DNA of 61,295 nucleotides, counting the filler. It is 8 parts of 8 records of this genome, joined end to end, with 100 filler letters (N's around TTAATTAATTAA, not from the genome) between each part and the next. Parts side by side here need not be neighbours in the genome. Positions count along the whole stretch, not along the records: positions 54,449 to 61,295 come from SRR31156797_60121; 7 more parts are not named here. The stretch is one strand, 5' to 3'. Under the pieces are notes generated by a model that saw nothing but the letters and a program-made list of their open reading frames with translations, had not been told where the DNA came from and ran no database searches. The position numbers were made by a program, and so were the translations under genes. The first letter of the stretch is position 1; the number at the start of each line of letters is the position of its first letter. Positions 58,065-61,295 of the stretch are shown one piece after another.

Positions 58065-59079
58065 ACATGTCTTCCGGTCTGAATTTCTCTTTTTTGATGC
58101 GCCAAACTGAGACTACAGTTTCGAGATAATCCACTATTTTAGTTTGTATTTTGACATTATTTAACCGATTTATATCCGTAATTGTTCCGGGGCTTAATAC
58201 ATTCACTTCAACTAATTTACTCCCAATAATATCTAAACCGGCATAGAAGATTCCATCCTGAACTAGTTTCTTACCAACCTCGGCACAGAGTATTTTATCA
58301 GCCTTATTCAATTTGTATTTTTCAACGCTACCACCGGCAGAAATATTTGATCGTACATCACCTTTGGCTGGTACTCTACGAAGGGCACCAATTGGTTTCC
58401 CATTCAACATCAATACTCGCACATCACCATTTTCTGCACCTTCAATGTAGTCTTGAAGGATTACATAATTTGATTCGCCTTTCGATTTATTGATGTAGAA
58501 TTCAAGCAATGACTTGATATTATGCATGGCTGATTTTTCAATAACAATAACTCCTCTGCCTCCATAACCATCCAATGGTTTAAGTATCATTTTTTCATTT
58601 TCTGATTCTTCAATTGTACGAATCAGGTAATCAATATTCTTGGAAACGTGTGTTTTGGGTATCAATTCATGTTTAGGATCATGATATGCAGCAGTATATA
58701 TTTTATTGTTTGCTTCACGTAGACCATCAACAGCGTTCATTATAAAAACCTCATCCTTAATTGAATCCAGGAAATTAAGCACCAATGGATCCAGTGGTGG
58801 ATTATCACGCATAAATATCACATCAAATTCATTAAGCGCCCGCATACCTTTTTCAAACTCTGCACTTTTGTAAAATTTAGTCATACTTACTGATAGCGGT
58901 TTCACTTTTTTAAAAGTTCTGCAAAAACTATAAGTCACGCTATCTCTAATTGTAAGATTTTGTGGATAGGTAATGGCTACATCAAAATCGCGCTTCACAC
59001 ATTCGTGTAGTATGCGTAAGGTAGAATCCTGTTTGGGATCAATTTTTTCCCAGGGATACATGATAAAACAAATCTTCAT
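58051..59079 (-). CDS. Glutathione-synthetase-like (GshB-family) ATP-grasp ligase
   Basis: 'KICFIM.P...I....DST', 'FD.IFMRDNPP.D', 'N..K', 'ILKPLDGYGG.GV', 'QDYI.....GDVRV', 'RSN...GG', 'GLDIIG..L.EVNV.SP'. Confidence 0.88.
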   Translation of the reverse strand: MKICFIMYPWEKIDPKQDSTLRILHECVKRDFDVAITYPQNLTIRDSVTYSFCRTFKKVKPLSVSMTKFYKSAEFEKGMRALNEFDVIFMRDNPPLDPLVLNFLDSIKDEVFIMNAVDGLREANNKIYTAAYHDPKHELIPKTHVSKNIDYLIRTIEESENEKMILKPLDGYGGRGVIVIEKSAMHNIKSLLEFYINKSKGESNYVILQDYIEGAENGDVRVLMLNGKPIGALRRVPAKGDVRSNISAGGSVEKYKLNKADKILCAEVGKKLVQDGIFYAGLDIIGSKLVEVNVLSPGTITDINRLNNVKIQTKIVDYLETVVSVWRIKKEKFRPEDMYENK

Positions 59080-59214
59080 TTACTGATTGTAATAATGTTT
59101 TTTAATTAAAATACGTTGCTCAAAATAAGCAGAATTTGTATATAAAAATCGAGCCAAATTACTTTTTTTTGATTGTAGGCGTAAAAATAAATGTTAGTTG
59201 CGACTAAGACGGGG

Positions 59215-59290
59215 CTTCGCGAGGAGCGTAGCGAAGAAACAAGCTGATAGAATAACCTGCACAGGTAGTTTGAAGCAGATGGCTTCGTCG
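59215..59290. repeat. Degenerate REP-like element upstream of the GshB-like operon
   Basis: Left arm CTTCGCGAGGAGCGTAGCGAAGAAACAA and right arm AGATGGCTTCGTCG resemble the two strands of the 54449 repeat. Confidence 0.45.
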
Positions 59291-59316
59291 CCATAACCAT
59301 TCCAAATTTGGGCTAT

Positions 59317-59349
59317 TAAAAAAGCCGTTCCTTCACAGAAACGGCTTTT
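59317..59349 (-). terminator. Intrinsic terminator after the methylmalonyl-CoA mutase gene
   Basis: AAAAGCCGTT...AACGGCTTTT stem with T6 on the minus strand. Confidence 0.75.
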
Positions 59350-59371
59350 GAAAACTTTTCTTAATATATTT

Positions 59372-61294
59372 TTACTCTTCGTCAAGTAATATCTTAAGCA
59401 TATCAGTAGCAGCCTTTGGTACTGGTGTTCCAGGTCCGAAAATAGCAGCTACGCCTGCGTTGTACAAGAAATCATAATCCTGGTGAGGTATAACACCTCC
59501 GGCAATGACCATAATGTCTTCACGACCATACTTTTTAAGCTCTTCCATAACAGCAGGAATCAAAGTTTTGTGTCCGGCAGCCAATGAAGATACTCCAATG
59601 ATGTGAACATCATTTTCGATAGCATCTTTCACAGCTTCCTGTGGTGTCTGGAAAAGTGGTCCTATGTCTACATCAAAGCCTATGTCGGCATAACCTGTAG
59701 CTACAACTTTTGCTCCCCGGTCGTGACCATCCTGACCCATTTTAGCGATCATGATACGTGGTTGACGACCTTCTTGCTTAGCGAATTTCTCACAAAGCGC
59801 CTTGGCTTCGGCAAATTCATTACTTTCTGCTGATTCTGATGAGTACACGCCTGATATTGATCTAATTACTGCTTTATATCTTCCTACAACTTTTTCACAA
59901 GCATCGGAAATTTCACCTAAAGTAGCACGTTTTTTGGCTGCTTCAATTGAAAGTTCAAGTAAGTTACCATCGCCTGTTTCAACACATTTTGTGATGGCGT
60001 TCAATGCTTGTTGTACTTCGTCGTTATTACGTTCTGCGCGTAATTTCTCTAATCTTTCGATTTGCGATTTACGTACAGCTGTGTTATCTACTTCAAGAAT
60101 TTCCAAGGGATCTTCTTTATCTAAGCGATATTTGTTAGTACCTACAATGGTTTCACGTCCGCTGTCGATGCGTGCTTGCTTACGTGCAGCAGCTTCTTCA
60201 ATACGCATTTTAGGCACTCCTGTTTCAATGGCTTTAGCCATACCGCCCATGCTTTCTATCTCATTGATATGTTCCCATGCACGGTTGTATAAATCCTGAG
60301 TCAATGATTCTACATAATACGAACCGGCCCATGGATCAACAGCACGGCAAATTTCAGTTTCATTCTGAATGTATAACTGAGTGTTACGCGCAATACGTGC
60401 ACTAAAATCAGTTGGAAGGGCGATGGCTTCATCCAAAGCGTTAGTATGAAGAGACTGTGTATGTCCAAGTGCAGCACCCATTGCTTCCACTGCGGTACGT
60501 GCAATATTGTTAAATGGATCCTGCTCTTGCAAACTGTAACCTGATGTTTGCGAGTGTGTACGCAATGCCATTGATTTTGGGTTCTTCGGATCAAATTGCT
60601 TCACCAGCTGAGCCCAAATCATACGTGCAGCACGCATTTTAGCAATTTCCATAAAGTGGTTCATTCCAATTGCCCAGAAAAACGACAGGCGAGGAGCGAA
60701 CTTATCTACTTCCATACCGGCATTAATACCTGTACGAATGTAATCTAATCCATCAGCCAATGTGTATGCCATTTCAATATCAGCGGTAGCTCCGGCTTCC
60801 TGCATGTGGTATCCTGAGATTGATATTGAGTTGAATTTAGGCATATGTTTCGAAGTAAATTCGAATATATCGGCAATAATTTTCATTGAAAATTCAGGTG
60901 GGTAAATGTAAGTGTTACGCACCATGAATTCTTTTAAAATATCATTCTGAATGGTTCCTGAAAGTTGCTCTAAGCTGGCACCTTGCTCTAATCCTGCTAC
61001 AATATAGAATGCCATAATTGGAAGTACAGCACCGTTCATTGTCATCGATACTGACATTTTATCCAATGGAATACCATCAAATAATATTTTCATGTCAGCA
61101 ATAGAGTCAACAGCAACACCCGCTTTACCTACATCGCCAATTACACGCTCGTGATCTGAGTCATATCCGCGGTGAGTGGCAAGGTCAAATGCAATTGATA
61201 AACCTTTCTGACCGGCAGCAAGGTTACGACGATAAAATGCATTTGATTCCTCAGCTGTTGAGAATCCTGCATACTGACGAATTGTCCAGGGACG
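59372..61294 (-). CDS. scpA: Methylmalonyl-CoA mutase large (B12-binding) subunit, 5' truncated by window end
   Basis: Frame open to the window end: '[18 protein letters not shown]', '[11 protein letters not shown]', '[13 protein letters not shown]', 'HTQSLHTN', B12 motif 'MGQDGHDRG'. Confidence 0.96.
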   Translation of the reverse strand, partial: RPWTIRQYAGFSTAEESNAFYRRNLAAGQKGLSIAFDLATHRGYDSDHERVIGDVGKAGVAVDSIADMKILFDGIPLDKMSVSMTMNGAVLPIMAFYIVAGLEQGASLEQLSGTIQNDILKEFMVRNTYIYPPEFSMKIIADIFEFTSKHMPKFNSISISGYHMQEAGATADIEMAYTLADGLDYIRTGINAGMEVDKFAPRLSFFWAIGMNHFMEIAKMRAARMIWAQLVKQFDPKNPKSMALRTHSQTSGYSLQEQDPFNNIARTAVEAMGAALGHTQSLHTNALDEAIALPTDFSARIARNTQLYIQNETEICRAVDPWAGSYYVESLTQDLYNRAWEHINEIESMGGMAKAIETGVPKMRIEEAAARKQARIDSGRETIVGTNKYRLDKEDPLEILEVDNTAVRKSQIERLEKLRAERNNDEVQQALNAITKCVETGDGNLLELSIEAAKKRATLGEISDACEKVVGRYKAVIRSISGVYSSESAESNEFAEAKALCEKFAKQEGRQPRIMIAKMGQDGHDRGAKVVATGYADIGFDVDIGPLFQTPQEAVKDAIENDVHIIGVSSLAAGHKTLIPAVMEELKKYGREDIMVIAGGVIPHQDYDFLYNAGVAAIFGPGTPVPKAATDMLKILLDEE

Positions 61295-61295
61295 C

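Noticed and set aside
58051-59079. Plain 'gshB, glutathione biosynthesis' annotation
   Set aside because: No gshA on the contig, variant substrate motifs and coupling to a dual-hydrolase gene, so the symbol is withheld

Overview
The window is not one genomic locus. It is eight unrelated contigs joined by identical 100-nt spacers (44 N + TTAATTAATTAA + 44 N) at 11092-11191, 20228-20327, 28804-28903, 34283-34382, 43579-43678, 49074-49173 and 54349-54448, so gene neighbourhoods are only valid within a contig. Taxonomic labels are inferred from gene content and composition. Contig A (1-11091, spirochaete-like): Omp85-like and Wzi-like outer-membrane proteins, a CCA-like HD protein with a decayed nucleotidyltransferase site, an ECF sigma/zinc anti-sigma/YbjQ operon, an oriC-like DnaA-box cluster between convergent genes, an atypical response regulator, a STAS protein, Mrp, FAH and NUDIX. 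B (11192-20227, spirochaete-like): lsrACDB/lsrRK AI-2 locus with two ATCATTTG-N13-CAAATGAT palindromes. C (20328-28803, Desulfobacterota-like): QueG-like protein, GNAT, XRE-cupin regulator and a Liv-type ABC operon containing an acyl-CoA ligase. D (28904-34282, high-GC alphaproteobacterium-like): two VOC paralogs, a divergent transketolase, a FadR regulator, hyi and glxR. E (34383-43578, Desulfovibrio-like): Fur-boxed PchR-type AraC, IrtA/YbtP-like ABC transporter, secreted Ni-SOD, TPR-GT2 and sdaA. F (43679-49073): RRM protein, uvrB and a propeller-Y_Y_Y-AraC sensor with no kinase. G (49174-54348, spirochaete-like): GH65, lipoproteins and a beta-CASP RNase. H (54449-61295, Bacteroidales-like): PQQ-type propeller, methylmalonyl-CoA mutase, REP-like repeats, and an overlapping pair of a GshB-like ATP-grasp ligase and an FGase/DUF1704 (MATCAP-like, HExxxH) fusion. 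That pair is the best candidate for an uncharacterised peptide-ligation/removal system. No rRNA, tRNA, CRISPR array or transposase was recognised by eye.
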